Positions 38,369-47,705 of a DNA stretch of 64,000 bases are shown here, one piece after another. Made by a program: the position numbers and the translations under genes. Location: IMG/VR virus record IMGVR_UViG_3300037851_000222, positions 30,994-94,993 of that record; one strand, written 5' to 3'. The notes under the pieces were generated by a model, which saw only the letters and a program-made list of their open reading frames with translations, did no database searches and was not told where the DNA came from. Origin of the DNA: a virus. Every line of letters begins with the position of its first letter. The first letter of the stretch is position 1.

Positions 38369-38635
38369 ATGGCAGTCAAGTTTGCCTTCGTAGTCCCAGC
38401 AATCGGAGGGGTTGTGGGCTTCCTTCTTGGCAAGAGCATGTCCAAGAAGGGCGGCAAGGCAGTGCCGATCATCAGCGGACTCGCCGGTGCCGTAGGGATG
38501 ACCTACTGGGCCATGGCGGAAAGCTCCAGTGGTGGCGGTCCCCTGACCAGCGCCCTGAAGGCCATTATCCCCGCAGGGACGCCGACGACGGTGCCCTTGT
38601 CTACTGGTCCTGCTCCCGTGCCTCGGAGGAACTGA
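38369..38635 (+). CDS. Small two-TM membrane protein
   Basis: Gly-rich hydrophobic helices. Confidence 0.6.
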   Translation: MAVKFAFVVPAIGGVVGFLLGKSMSKKGGKAVPIISGLAGAVGMTYWAMAESSSGGGPLTSALKAIIPAGTPTTVPLSTGPAPVPRRN

Positions 38636-38637
38636 CC

Positions 38638-39480
38638 ATGCGCCGCATCATCTACGCCCCCCGGGCCTTCACCTACGCCAACGCCCCCGTGCCGATGCGC
38701 GCCGTGCCGCCGGCTGGTTGGGGCTACTCCCCACCGCGGGCGCGGCACGTCCGCGGGGTCTACGCTGGGAATCACGGGCTGAGCGGTTTCCCCTGCTCTT
38801 GCCGGGTCGTCAAGACCAACCCGCTGGGCGAACAACCCACGCAGCAGAACGCGGCGGCCCTGGCCCTGTTCCACAAGGCTGAGTTCGCGGCCAAGGCCCC
38901 GGCGTGGCTGGCCCTGGACCCGCTGACCAAGTCGGTGGTGGACGAGAAATGGTCGGCCAAGATGCAGGCCAGGATGACCAACAACGCGGCGGACAACGAG
39001 CGCATGATGCTCGCCAACCTGACCGAACTGAACGAGATGGCCGTGGTGGAGAAGTCCAGCCCGACCGGCACCATGTCCACCAAGGACGTGGAGACCTACC
39101 GGGGCTGGAAGATCACCGCCACCAACCTCGACCGCACCACCACCCGCTACATCGCGGAAAGCCCCGCCGGCAAGACCCTGACCCGCGAGGCGGCGTGGAA
39201 CGCCCTGCCGGCCGCCCTGGCCGAACTGAAGGGCGACATCGACAAGGCCGAGGGTGCCGTTCCGATGCCCGTCAGCACGCCCCCGCAAATGGCGAAGGAG
39301 TCCTGGTGGAAGAGCATCACGGATATGCTGCCGACGCTCCCCGTCACGCCGCTGCCGACCCCCAGCACCCCCGCGCCGGCACCGACCCCCGCGCCGGCCG
39401 TGGTCGAGAAGACGACCATCCCAACCCCAGTCATCGTCGGCGGTGCGGCCCTGGCCGCCCTGCTGCTCCTGCGTCGATGA
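38638..39480 (+). CDS. Tail-anchored membrane protein (ETYRGW module)
   Basis: Pro/Thr linker; IVGGAALAALLLLRR. Confidence 0.7.
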   Translation: MRRIIYAPRAFTYANAPVPMRAVPPAGWGYSPPRARHVRGVYAGNHGLSGFPCSCRVVKTNPLGEQPTQQNAAALALFHKAEFAAKAPAWLALDPLTKSVVDEKWSAKMQARMTNNAADNERMMLANLTELNEMAVVEKSSPTGTMSTKDVETYRGWKITATNLDRTTTRYIAESPAGKTLTREAAWNALPAALAELKGDIDKAEGAVPMPVSTPPQMAKESWWKSITDMLPTLPVTPLPTPSTPAPAPTPAPAVVEKTTIPTPVIVGGAALAALLLLRR

Positions 39481-39875
39481 ACGTCCTGGTGGTCGAGGAC
39501 GACGCCAGCCGAGTCCGGGCCTTCCGCCGGGGGCTCGTCGGACACACCGTGACCGTCACGGACAACCCCGACGAGGCCGTGGCGCTAATGATGACCCGCA
39601 ACTTCCACGCCGTGTTTCTCGACTACGACTTGGACTACTCCAAGGCCCCGCATCGCAAGGTTGGTGAGATGATCCCCAAGATTGAGGCCTGCCCACCCTG
39701 CATCCGCAACATCGACTGGTACATCCACAGCCTGAACGACGCGGGGGCGTCCTACATGGCGGCGCGGTTGGCCCGAGTCGGGGCGCGGGTGCGACGGTGG
39801 CCTTTCGCTTGGCAAGACCCCACGCTGGACGTTCGTATAAACAACGGTAAAGTGGGCAATCGTCATGCAAGCTGA
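39477..39875 (+). CDS. Stand-alone receiver-like domain (cyclic-phosphate-processing REC type)
   Basis: VLVVEDD, FLDYDL, IHSLN..GA..M. Confidence 0.7.
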   Translation: MNVLVVEDDASRVRAFRRGLVGHTVTVTDNPDEAVALMMTRNFHAVFLDYDLDYSKAPHRKVGEMIPKIEACPPCIRNIDWYIHSLNDAGASYMAARLARVGARVRRWPFAWQDPTLDVRINNGKVGNRHAS

Positions 39876-40428
39876 CCCCAACCGGACTTACGCCGCCGTC
39901 GCGCAGACGGTCATGTCGCTTTCACCTGAGCAGCGGCAGCGATTCCTGGCGGAAGCGCAGCGAAAGTATCAGGCACTGCCGGCTCGGTATCGCCGCATGG
40001 CCGATCAATACATCGCTCGCTTCGCGGAGCACGATGTCCGCGCCGCCCCCGGGCTGGGCAGCGCGGGAGCCGTCGCCACGGCAGCCAACACGGCAAGTTG
40101 GGTGAACAGCCTGGCCACCATCCTGCAATCCGTCACTGCCGTTGCCGGGGTCGCCATGGCCTACAAAGGCATGCAGGACGACAAGCAGGCCAAGCGCGAC
40201 CAAGCCGAGAACGAGCGTCAACTGATCGAAGCGCAGAAGCGGTCGATCGACGCCCAGACCGCCGCCGTGCAGGCGCAGGCCGAGGCAACAAGTCGGTCCA
40301 TCACGCCGAGTGCGCCCGGTGCGGCGGCCGGCGGGGGCATCAGCCAGACGACTTGGTTGCTGATCGGCGGCGGCGCCCTGGCGGCTGTCGGTGCCATCGT
40401 GCTGCTGGCGAAGAAGGGGTCCAAGTGA
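39865..40428 (+). CDS. Tail-anchored membrane protein (PGLG)
   Basis: Coiled coil; LLIGGGALAAVGAIVLLAKK. Confidence 0.7.
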   Translation: MQADPNRTYAAVAQTVMSLSPEQRQRFLAEAQRKYQALPARYRRMADQYIARFAEHDVRAAPGLGSAGAVATAANTASWVNSLATILQSVTAVAGVAMAYKGMQDDKQAKRDQAENERQLIEAQKRSIDAQTAAVQAQAEATSRSITPSAPGAAAGGGISQTTWLLIGGGALAAVGAIVLLAKKGSK

Positions 40429-40985
40429 GCTACCCCCAGCCCTACAACATCCGCACCGCATCGAACGAGGTCCGCGACCGCTGGTGGCTGGACGCCGGTG
40501 CCGACGCCGGCCGCTCGCTGACGCGGACGCAGTTGATCGGGCTGCACTACTGGAACGATGGCAACTCCGAGGGCTGGGAGGACGCCACCACCGCTGAACT
40601 GCGTGAGGCGTGGGTGGAACTCCTGCGGGGCGAGGGGTACCTGACCAACCCCCGGCGCAACCCCTACGCCAACGAGCATGCTGCCCGTCTGCACGACCCA
40701 CGCTACTTCCACACCTTCCGCCGGAAGAACGTCAAGAACGGCACCGTTGGCCTGATCCTAGGCAAGCCCTGGGGTCAGCGGACCATGGTGCTGCAATCGG
40801 TGCGCTTCCGCGCCGCCGCGTTCACCCCGGCCCAAGCACGAGCCTGGTTGACGAAACACAAGCTGAAGGCCGTGCTGGAGCCGGCGACCACCCGTGATAG
40901 GGCCTCGCTGTTCCGCGCCGAAGTGGCGCGGGCCAGGCGCACGGCTCGCAAGACCACCAAGCGCCGCGCCCGGCGCCGCGCCTGA
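40425..40985 (+). CDS. Basic NP-motif protein with PYANEHAARL module
   Basis: GTG start; LTNPRRNP boundary; Arg-rich tail. Confidence 0.65.
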   Translation: MSYPQPYNIRTASNEVRDRWWLDAGADAGRSLTRTQLIGLHYWNDGNSEGWEDATTAELREAWVELLRGEGYLTNPRRNPYANEHAARLHDPRYFHTFRRKNVKNGTVGLILGKPWGQRTMVLQSVRFRAAAFTPAQARAWLTKHKLKAVLEPATTRDRASLFRAEVARARRTARKTTKRRARRRA

Positions 40986-40996
40986 AGGATCACCCC

Positions 40997-41257
40997 ATGG
41001 CCAACCTCGGCTCGTTCCTGAACCAGTCCTACCTCGCCGCTGACAACCCCAACGAGGTCACGGCGGCTGACGCCGGGATCGCGCCGGTGGTGCCGGCCGT
41101 GACCCCCGATGAGGCGGCCCAAGCTGCCGCGACGACCGAGGCGGCCCAGGTCGCATGGCTCGATCAGGAACTGATCAAGGGCGTCCAGAACAAGTATCTC
41201 GCCATTGGTGCTGGCCTGCTGGTCGGTATCCTGCTGCTGAAGCGGAAGAAGGGCTAA
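40997..41257 (+). CDS. Small tail-anchored membrane protein
   Basis: MANLGSFLNQSYL; TM followed by KRKKG. Confidence 0.65.
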   Translation: MANLGSFLNQSYLAADNPNEVTAADAGIAPVVPAVTPDEAAQAAATTEAAQVAWLDQELIKGVQNKYLAIGAGLLVGILLLKRKKG

Positions 41258-41259
41258 CC

Positions 41260-41559
41260 ATGGCATTCCTCGGCCTGCTGCCGGACCAGGGAACGGTCAA
41301 GCTGAACCTCGATCCGAAGGACGTGGAGCGCGAGGCCATTGGCCGGTCGCTCTCGCTCTTCGGCGGCACGATCAGCCTGATCGGCGCGGCGCTGATCTTC
41401 AGCGTCAACCCGGCGGCCAAGAAGGACGTGGCGGGAGTGGTCCCGCTGTTCAACAAGAACAAGACCCTGGCGATCATCGGCGCCGGTCTGGGCATCGCCG
41501 CCCTGGCCTACATCGGCATCGCCAAGAAGATGAACCAACGCTACACCAAAGGAGGGTGA
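41260..41559 (+). CDS. Two-TM membrane protein
   Basis: Start MAFLGLL. Confidence 0.6.
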   Translation: MAFLGLLPDQGTVKLNLDPKDVEREAIGRSLSLFGGTISLIGAALIFSVNPAAKKDVAGVVPLFNKNKTLAIIGAGLGIAALAYIGIAKKMNQRYTKGG

Positions 41560-41560
41560 C

Positions 41561-42268
41561 ATGGCTGCCCCGAAGAAGATCACCGCGATCCACACGATCT
41601 ACTGGGTTTCCTACGGCCCGGACGCCTACCACTGGCAGCACACGGTCAAGCGGATCGAGTCCCTGCGGGCGGCCAAGCAGGCCCTGGCCAACAAGCCGGC
41701 GTGGGGCAAGTCCTGGGTCGTCATGCGGAGCCGGGACACGATGTTCAGCCGAGTCGACATGAAGGTCGTCGCGGCCTCCGACTCGTGGACCAAGGAAATG
41801 GCGCAGCAGTTCATTGAGAAGCTGCGCCCGACGTGGAAGACGAACCCCAAAGGGCAGCACAAAGTCATTGAAGGGGTCAGCGGGTGCAAATGGCTGGTGC
41901 AACGCACGAACGACCGCCGCCCGTCGCGCAAGTGGAAACTGCTCAAGGCGCTCCCTCGGGGCGCTCGCACCACCAAGCGCGCCAACCCCAAGCGCGCCAC
42001 CAACACCGACTCGCGTCAAGGCCCTCCCCGTGCTGTCCGCGCCCCCACTTGGGCTGCGCCCAAGGGCGGCTGGAGCGTGGCTGGCACCGACTACGGATAC
42101 TTGCACAGCACAGGCGGGGAGGTCCGGGTCTGGCGCAGCCGCTCTGGTGCGGCGCGAGTGGCCAAACAGTACGCTCGCCGGAAGCAGACGACCAACCCCA
42201 AGAACCCCCCGATGTCCCAAGCCGAGGCCATGGCCATCCGGCGCATCCTGAAGAGGCATGGGTACTGA
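41561..42268 (+). CDS. Basic modular NP-motif protein
   Basis: KTNP, RANP, TNPKNP; ends NPPMSQAEA..RHGY. Confidence 0.7.
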   Translation: MAAPKKITAIHTIYWVSYGPDAYHWQHTVKRIESLRAAKQALANKPAWGKSWVVMRSRDTMFSRVDMKVVAASDSWTKEMAQQFIEKLRPTWKTNPKGQHKVIEGVSGCKWLVQRTNDRRPSRKWKLLKALPRGARTTKRANPKRATNTDSRQGPPRAVRAPTWAAPKGGWSVAGTDYGYLHSTGGEVRVWRSRSGAARVAKQYARRKQTTNPKNPPMSQAEAMAIRRILKRHGY

Positions 42269-42270
42269 CC

Positions 42271-43197
42271 ATGGACACCAGTTCCGTCGCACGGCAGTTG
42301 CGGGGCCTGATCTATGATCGGATCATGGCAGGGGTGGCCACGCCCGCCGATAAGCGCCGTGCCGACGAACTGGCGGAATCCATCAAGGTGCCTCTGCCGA
42401 GCAGTGCGAAAACCCTGGGCGACCTGGACAAGATCGCCAAGCGTGCCTTCAACCGCATGGACAAGTACGATGCGGCGCTCGAATACGGCAGTGCCGAACA
42501 CGAACTGACCAAAGTGCCGCACCTTCCCGTGCCGCGCCTCCATGACCCCGTCGAGCCATGGAGAATGATCGAAGGGGAAGACGAAGGCGAAGAGTGGAAG
42601 AAACCACGGAGCAACCCCCTGAGCAAGACCAAGATCGGCCGCTTCACCGTCGTCTACCCGAAGCGGAAGAACCCCGGCCACACCATCCGCCAAACGCCCC
42701 GCGACTGGCGCGATGCCTACAACCGGGCGCGTGACGCCGAGACCGAGGCCCAGCGCCGTTCGCCGGCCGGCAAGATGTCGGCTGCGCGGCGCAACGCCAA
42801 AACCCGCTACGTCATGCAGGGCCGGGCGGCGGTCGACCGTGGTGAGTGGCGCCTGACGGCGTGCCCCTACGCTGCTGGAACCTGGCGTGCCGAGGCCTGG
42901 AAGCAAGGCGCGTGGGCGCGACAGCAGGAGTTGCGCAAGCCGCGCACCAACCCCGGCCGTCTCGCACGCCTGAAGGCTGCGGCTGCGCGGGCAAGAAACC
43001 GCAGCCTCAATGACCTGCTGCTCGGCAAGTGCCTCGCCCACCCTGCCAAGACCCGCCGTTTAGACCGAGAAGAGGAACGTGCGCTGGCGAAGGTCGCGGT
43101 CGAAGAAGCCCGTATCGCCAAGCGCAAGTCCAACCCCCCGATGTCCAAAGCCGAGGCTGCCGCCCTGAAGCGCGTCCTCCGTCGTCACGGCTACTGA
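42271..43197 (+). CDS. Basic modular NP-motif protein
   Basis: RSNP, RKNP, RTNP, KSNP; ends NPPMSKAEA..RHGY. Confidence 0.7.
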   Translation: MDTSSVARQLRGLIYDRIMAGVATPADKRRADELAESIKVPLPSSAKTLGDLDKIAKRAFNRMDKYDAALEYGSAEHELTKVPHLPVPRLHDPVEPWRMIEGEDEGEEWKKPRSNPLSKTKIGRFTVVYPKRKNPGHTIRQTPRDWRDAYNRARDAETEAQRRSPAGKMSAARRNAKTRYVMQGRAAVDRGEWRLTACPYAAGTWRAEAWKQGAWARQQELRKPRTNPGRLARLKAAAARARNRSLNDLLLGKCLAHPAKTRRLDREEERALAKVAVEEARIAKRKSNPPMSKAEAAALKRVLRRHGY

Positions 43198-43213
43198 TCG
43201 AAAGGATCACCAC

Positions 43214-43447
43214 ATGGCCCGCATCTCGTTCCGCACCCGCACCGGCAAGAAGGTCTCCTTCACCGTGGGTGGCCGCAAGTCGTCCAAGCGTCGGTCGCCC
43301 AAGGCGACGGCGTTCCCCTTCGCCTTCGCCAAGGGCGCACCCAAGAAGCGCCGCAAGGGCATGAAGGCGGGCAACGTCTATCAGATGGACGGCAAGAAGT
43401 ACGTCGCCTGCCGCGACGGCATGCTCCGCAGGGTCCGTGCCATCTAG
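43214..43447 (+). CDS. Small very basic nucleic-acid-binding protein
   Basis: K/R-rich; ISFRTRTGKKVSF. Confidence 0.65.
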   Translation: MARISFRTRTGKKVSFTVGGRKSSKRRSPKATAFPFAFAKGAPKKRRKGMKAGNVYQMDGKKYVACRDGMLRRVRAI

Positions 43448-43450
43448 CGT

Positions 43451-43478
43451 TTGCGTCCGTATAAACGCAAGGTAGGAT
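43451..43478 (+). promoter_or_regulatory. Promoter with GTATAAAC box in the spacer
   Basis: TTGCGT, 16 bp containing CGTATAAACG, TAGGAT; ATG 8 bp downstream. Confidence 0.7.
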
Positions 43479-43485
43479 CAAGACC

Positions 43486-45504
43486 ATGCCCGTGAACGGC
43501 CAAGTGCCTGTGCAGCGTTCCGTCCTCCCAGCCGGCGAGGCCGGTGTGGACGCGACCGTGATGAAGATGGTCGAGATGGCCAAGGGCCGGTACGGGGCCA
43601 AGTCGGCCAAGATCCGTGCCCTGGCCATCGACATCCTCAACGCGGCCCGAGTGCCGGAAAAGGATTACTACGGCGAGGCCGTGGCGATCTTTGAGTGGGT
43701 GCGCGACAACATCCGCTACCTCAAGGATCCCATCGGGCAGGAGACTCTATCCTACCCTGAAGAGTTGGCCTTCAACAGCAAGGCTGCGGACTGCGACGAC
43801 AAGACGATGCTCGTCATGGCGCTGCTGGGCAGCATCGGCATCCAGTCTTACCCGGTCGTCGTGGGCGTGCGGCCGGATATGTTCAGCCACGTCTACCTCC
43901 ACGCCGTCATCCCTCCCGGCAAGCACCGCATGGCCGGGCAGGTCGTCCCGATGGACCCGATCATGCGGGAGTGGCCGGCGGGCAAGGAGGCGCAGGCGCC
44001 TCGTGTCCAGAAGAAGAAAACCTACCCTCAACTCGCAGGACTGGACGGCATGGACAACTTCATCCCCGGCATCGGTGGCGACATGCTCCCTGGCATGGGC
44101 TTGGGCAGCTACGTCGCCGCTCCCTCCTACCTCGACACCGAGAACTCCCAAGCCGCCAAGCTCCTGGCCAGCGGCAGCGCGGGCGGCACCGCCCAAGTGC
44201 GCGCCGACCGCAACTCCATGGTCAACAAGGACGGCACGGTGGCCACGACCACCCGCTCCGTCCAGGGTCTGGAGGGCGCGGACGCCATGTTCGCTGACCG
44301 GACCCCGGTGATCGCCCCGAAGTGGGGTCAGCCCGGTGCGTTCGTCACCGGCCGTGAGGACAAGTTCGGCCGCATCTGGAACAACTCGCCCCAGATCCTC
44401 GACGCCCGCGATACCGGCAGCAGCGGCCCGATGATCGGCCGCCAAGCCGAGGCGATGACCCGCGTCCTCCAGTCGGAGCGCGCCAAGGAAATCCCCACCC
44501 TGATGGGCACCAAGACCGTGGTGGGCCAGGGCAGCAACAAGCGGACCATCGTCACCGTGCAGTCGCCGCAAAAGGCCGCCAAGGGCCGCCCCGCGCCGAT
44601 GCTCGACCGGCCCATGGCCGACGCCGTCCGCGAGATCAAGGGCCTCGGCACCTACCTCGGCGCCATGCAGCAATGCCTGGCCGGCTGCGGTGACTGCGGC
44701 GGCCTCGGCTACGCTTGGGACGGCGCGCCGTCCAAGAACAACGTCGTGGTCGACACAGCCCTGGTGTCGTTCTGGGCGCGGCTGAAGTCTGACCTCATGA
44801 CCGCCTCGGCCAAGGTCATCGACCAGTACGCTGCCCAGTACCCGACCGCCGAGGCCAAGCAGGACGCCCAGATCGCCAAGGAAGCCGCCAAGGAGGCCGA
44901 GAAGGTCGCCAAGGAAGCCGAGAAGGCCGAGAAGACCGTCGCCGCTACGCCCGAGGCCAAGGCCGCCGTCAACGACGTGAAGGTCAAGCTGGCGACCGAG
45001 AACGCCACCAACGGGTTCGGCTTTATGATTGAGGGCTTGGGCGCCCTGCCGGTCAACGCCGTCAAGGCCACCCTGCCGGTGGGCCTGGTCGGCACGATGA
45101 TGACCCGCGAGCGCATCCAGACCCAGCAGCAACTCGACCAGGCCACCGCCGATCAGCAACTGATCATGGCCAAGATTGAGATGCTGCGCCGGAAGCTGGC
45201 CGAGATCGTCAACCGCGAGCAATCACGGACGAACCGCCCCGAGGCGATGCTTTACCAGGGTCCGGTCAAGGGCGCTTCCGCTGCCACAGCACCCCAGTCG
45301 TGGGCAGCCCGCCACGTCACGGCCACTACCACGGTCGCCAAACCATCCGCTGTGTCGCAACTGCAAAATGCCTTCAAGACCCGCCAAGCCAGCGTCCAAG
45401 GTCTGGGCGAGGGCATCGTCGACACCATCAAGAAGCCCATGACCATGGCCCTCCTGGCGGCCGGCGTCCTGGGCGCGCTCTACCTCCGCAAGAAGGCCAA
45501 GTAA
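43486..45504 (+). CDS. Transglutaminase-like Cys-His-Asp enzyme (candidate maturation protease) with GLG-punctuated stalk and C-terminal TM
   Basis: FEWVRDNIRYLKDP, ADCDD, SHVY, PMDP triad pattern. Confidence 0.8.
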   Translation: MPVNGQVPVQRSVLPAGEAGVDATVMKMVEMAKGRYGAKSAKIRALAIDILNAARVPEKDYYGEAVAIFEWVRDNIRYLKDPIGQETLSYPEELAFNSKAADCDDKTMLVMALLGSIGIQSYPVVVGVRPDMFSHVYLHAVIPPGKHRMAGQVVPMDPIMREWPAGKEAQAPRVQKKKTYPQLAGLDGMDNFIPGIGGDMLPGMGLGSYVAAPSYLDTENSQAAKLLASGSAGGTAQVRADRNSMVNKDGTVATTTRSVQGLEGADAMFADRTPVIAPKWGQPGAFVTGREDKFGRIWNNSPQILDARDTGSSGPMIGRQAEAMTRVLQSERAKEIPTLMGTKTVVGQGSNKRTIVTVQSPQKAAKGRPAPMLDRPMADAVREIKGLGTYLGAMQQCLAGCGDCGGLGYAWDGAPSKNNVVVDTALVSFWARLKSDLMTASAKVIDQYAAQYPTAEAKQDAQIAKEAAKEAEKVAKEAEKAEKTVAATPEAKAAVNDVKVKLATENATNGFGFMIEGLGALPVNAVKATLPVGLVGTMMTRERIQTQQQLDQATADQQLIMAKIEMLRRKLAEIVNREQSRTNRPEAMLYQGPVKGASAATAPQSWAARHVTATTTVAKPSAVSQLQNAFKTRQASVQGLGEGIVDTIKKPMTMALLAAGVLGALYLRKKAK

Positions 45505-45515
45505 GGCTGATCGCC

Positions 45516-46124
45516 ATGCAGCAAGCCATCCCCATCGTCGCCGCCCAGGCTCCCGCCCGGCTGCCGACCCCGGTGGTGAACACCCTCCACGCCCGCGAGC
45601 CGGTCGACCTCAAGCCGGCGGGCAACACCGTGGCCATCACGACCACGGCGCAAAACCCGTTCGCCCTGCGGCAGTCGATCAGCGTCCGCACGCAGGCCAG
45701 CGGCGGCATGGCTCCGACCGCCCCGCAGGCGGCCCAGTCGCAGAGCCTGCTCACCCGGTTCATTCCGGGCATCGGTGAGGATCCGGCCAACACCGGCACG
45801 CCCGCCGTGCAGTCGCAGGCCCCGAGCGGCGGCGTGATGTCGGCCATCACCAACATATTCCAGACCGGGTCGAGCGCCTACGCCTCCCAGCAGGCGGCCA
45901 AGGCCGAGATCGCCAAGGCCGAGCAAGAGAAGGCCAAGGCTGAAGCCGAGGGCAACCGCACGGCTGCCATCCAGGCCCAAGCCCGTCTGGACGCCATCCT
46001 GGCCACCGCCGGCAAGGCCCAGCCCTGGCTGCTCTATGGCGGCATCGCCCTCCTGGGCGTGGCCGGCTTCCTGATGCTGCGCAACAAGCGCGCCGGTCGG
46101 CGCCTCACCGGTCGGCGTCGGTGA
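45516..46124 (+). CDS. Tail-anchored membrane protein (PGIG)
   Basis: Start MQQAIP; TM followed by basic tail. Confidence 0.7.
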   Translation: MQQAIPIVAAQAPARLPTPVVNTLHAREPVDLKPAGNTVAITTTAQNPFALRQSISVRTQASGGMAPTAPQAAQSQSLLTRFIPGIGEDPANTGTPAVQSQAPSGGVMSAITNIFQTGSSAYASQQAAKAEIAKAEQEKAKAEAEGNRTAAIQAQARLDAILATAGKAQPWLLYGGIALLGVAGFLMLRNKRAGRRLTGRRR

Positions 46125-46128
46125 TCCC

Positions 46129-46647
46129 ATGCTGAACGGCGTCCCCCTCGTCGGTGGCGTCATCCCTGTCCGAGGCGACCGGGCGGCCAGCCGCGTCATG
46201 CACCAATCCCTGCGGAGGGGGCGGCCGACGTGGAAGCTCCCCGGACGCCGCGTGCGGACGCTTCAGGTGTCCCGACCGGCCCCGCAGCAGGGCGGCGACA
46301 TCAACCCCCAGCCCGTTGAGGGCCTGGGCGTTGATCCCGCTTCGACCGCGCCCCAACCCCCGGGCTGGCTCCAGACCATCGTTGGGGTCGGCCAGAACGC
46401 CCTGCAACTGATGCAGGCCCGCGACGACCGCAAAGCCGAGGAGCGAGCCGCTGCCAACGCCCGAGCCGCTGCGGACCTCGCCGCCCGGCAAAGCCAACTG
46501 GAACAGACACAGATCGCCCAGGACCGCGGCTTGGTCGAGAAGCTGGCCGAGGCCTCCACCAAACGGACCCTCATCATCGGCGGCGTCGTCGCCGGTGTCG
46601 CTGCCCTCGGAATCATCGCCTACATGGCCACAAGGAAATCCAAATGA
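46129..46647 (+). CDS. Tail-anchored membrane protein (EGLG)
   Basis: LIIGGVVAGVAALGIIAYMATRKSK. Confidence 0.7.
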   Translation: MLNGVPLVGGVIPVRGDRAASRVMHQSLRRGRPTWKLPGRRVRTLQVSRPAPQQGGDINPQPVEGLGVDPASTAPQPPGWLQTIVGVGQNALQLMQARDDRKAEERAAANARAAADLAARQSQLEQTQIAQDRGLVEKLAEASTKRTLIIGGVVAGVAALGIIAYMATRKSK

Positions 46648-46988
46648 AGCGCGACATGAGCTACGCCCTCGATGGCGCCATGAGCACCCGCAACCAGGGG
46701 CAACTCGTCTCGACGCAGCGGGTCCAGACCCAGACCATGCGGACCCCTGGCCTCGTCGCCACCGGCGACCAGGGCGGCATGGGCAAGCCCCTGCCCACCG
46801 TGGGCACCAAGCCGGCCCAAGGCCTCGGCGCGTTCAGTCTGGAACTGCCCCTGGTGGGCACGGTCCACTGGCCGACCCTGGCGCTCGGTGTCATCGCCGG
46901 TGCGGCTGTCTGGTCGCTGACCTCGGCTCGCCGGCAGGCCTTCAAGCAACGGGTCGCGTCGAAGGCCGCCCAACTCGCCATGGGCTGA
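46644..46988 (+). CDS. Membrane protein (QGLG)
   Basis: TM near the C-terminus. Confidence 0.65.
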   Translation: MKRDMSYALDGAMSTRNQGQLVSTQRVQTQTMRTPGLVATGDQGGMGKPLPTVGTKPAQGLGAFSLELPLVGTVHWPTLALGVIAGAAVWSLTSARRQAFKQRVASKAAQLAMG

Positions 46989-46992
46989 TACC

Positions 46993-47220
46993 GTGCGGCG
47001 CAATCCTCGCTTCCCCATGCCGGAGAAGAACCGCGCCGTCAAGCAGGTCGGGCCGTTCGCCGTCGTCCGCAGCTACCACACCGTTCAAGTCGTGGGCCAT
47101 GAACGGTTGGTGGCGATGAAGGAATACAGCACCAAGCTGCGAGCGCACGCAGAATGGTTGAAGCTGTCCGACCCCGCGACCATGCTGCGCTTCATGGGAG
47201 CCAACAGTGTCAACCGGTAG
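46993..47220 (+). CDS. Small NP-motif protein
   Basis: MRRNPRF start. Confidence 0.55.
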   Translation: MRRNPRFPMPEKNRAVKQVGPFAVVRSYHTVQVVGHERLVAMKEYSTKLRAHAEWLKLSDPATMLRFMGANSVNR

Positions 47221-47695
47221 CGGAATCCAGATCGGCAAGCTCGTCCAACTCCAACTGGAGAACGGCCGCACCATGTCGCCCCGCGGCTGGATCGTCGGCT
47301 GCAAGGGCCGCACGGGGCTGCTGCTGGGGCGCCCTGTGCGCCGGGTCCAAGCCCGGCTGCCGGCCGGCGTCGTGCGGATGCACCGGCAGTTCCACGGCGC
47401 CAACCCCGCCGGCTCAATGGTCTGCGAGTACGGCACCTCAACCAAGGGCATGAAGTGCGTCGGCCGCCTCAAGGCGATCATGTACCGGGCGCAGGGCGTC
47501 CGCTCCCCCGCTAAGCGTGGCGCCAACTGGAACCATGCCTTCGGTGACACCGGCCACGAAGGGCTCACCAACCACCCGCGAAGCCGGATGCCGGAGCTAT
47601 GGAGCGACGGCACCAGGCTGGTGATCAAGCGCATGCGCGGCAACACCTACTATGTCGGCCCCTACGATGACGGAGTCGGCTACATCATCGGCTGA
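47207..47695 (+). CDS. Basic hypothetical protein
   Basis: HRQFHGANP, WNHAFG. Confidence 0.6.
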   Translation: MSTGSGIQIGKLVQLQLENGRTMSPRGWIVGCKGRTGLLLGRPVRRVQARLPAGVVRMHRQFHGANPAGSMVCEYGTSTKGMKCVGRLKAIMYRAQGVRSPAKRGANWNHAFGDTGHEGLTNHPRSRMPELWSDGTRLVIKRMRGNTYYVGPYDDGVGYIIG

Positions 47696-47705
47696 AAGGC
47701 ACACC

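Noticed and set aside
43747-45222. Long antisense ORFs (also 49857..51161, 53386..54687, 58222..59526, 9913..11145)
   Set aside because: Typical high-GC antisense frames opposite well-supported genes; no motifs.
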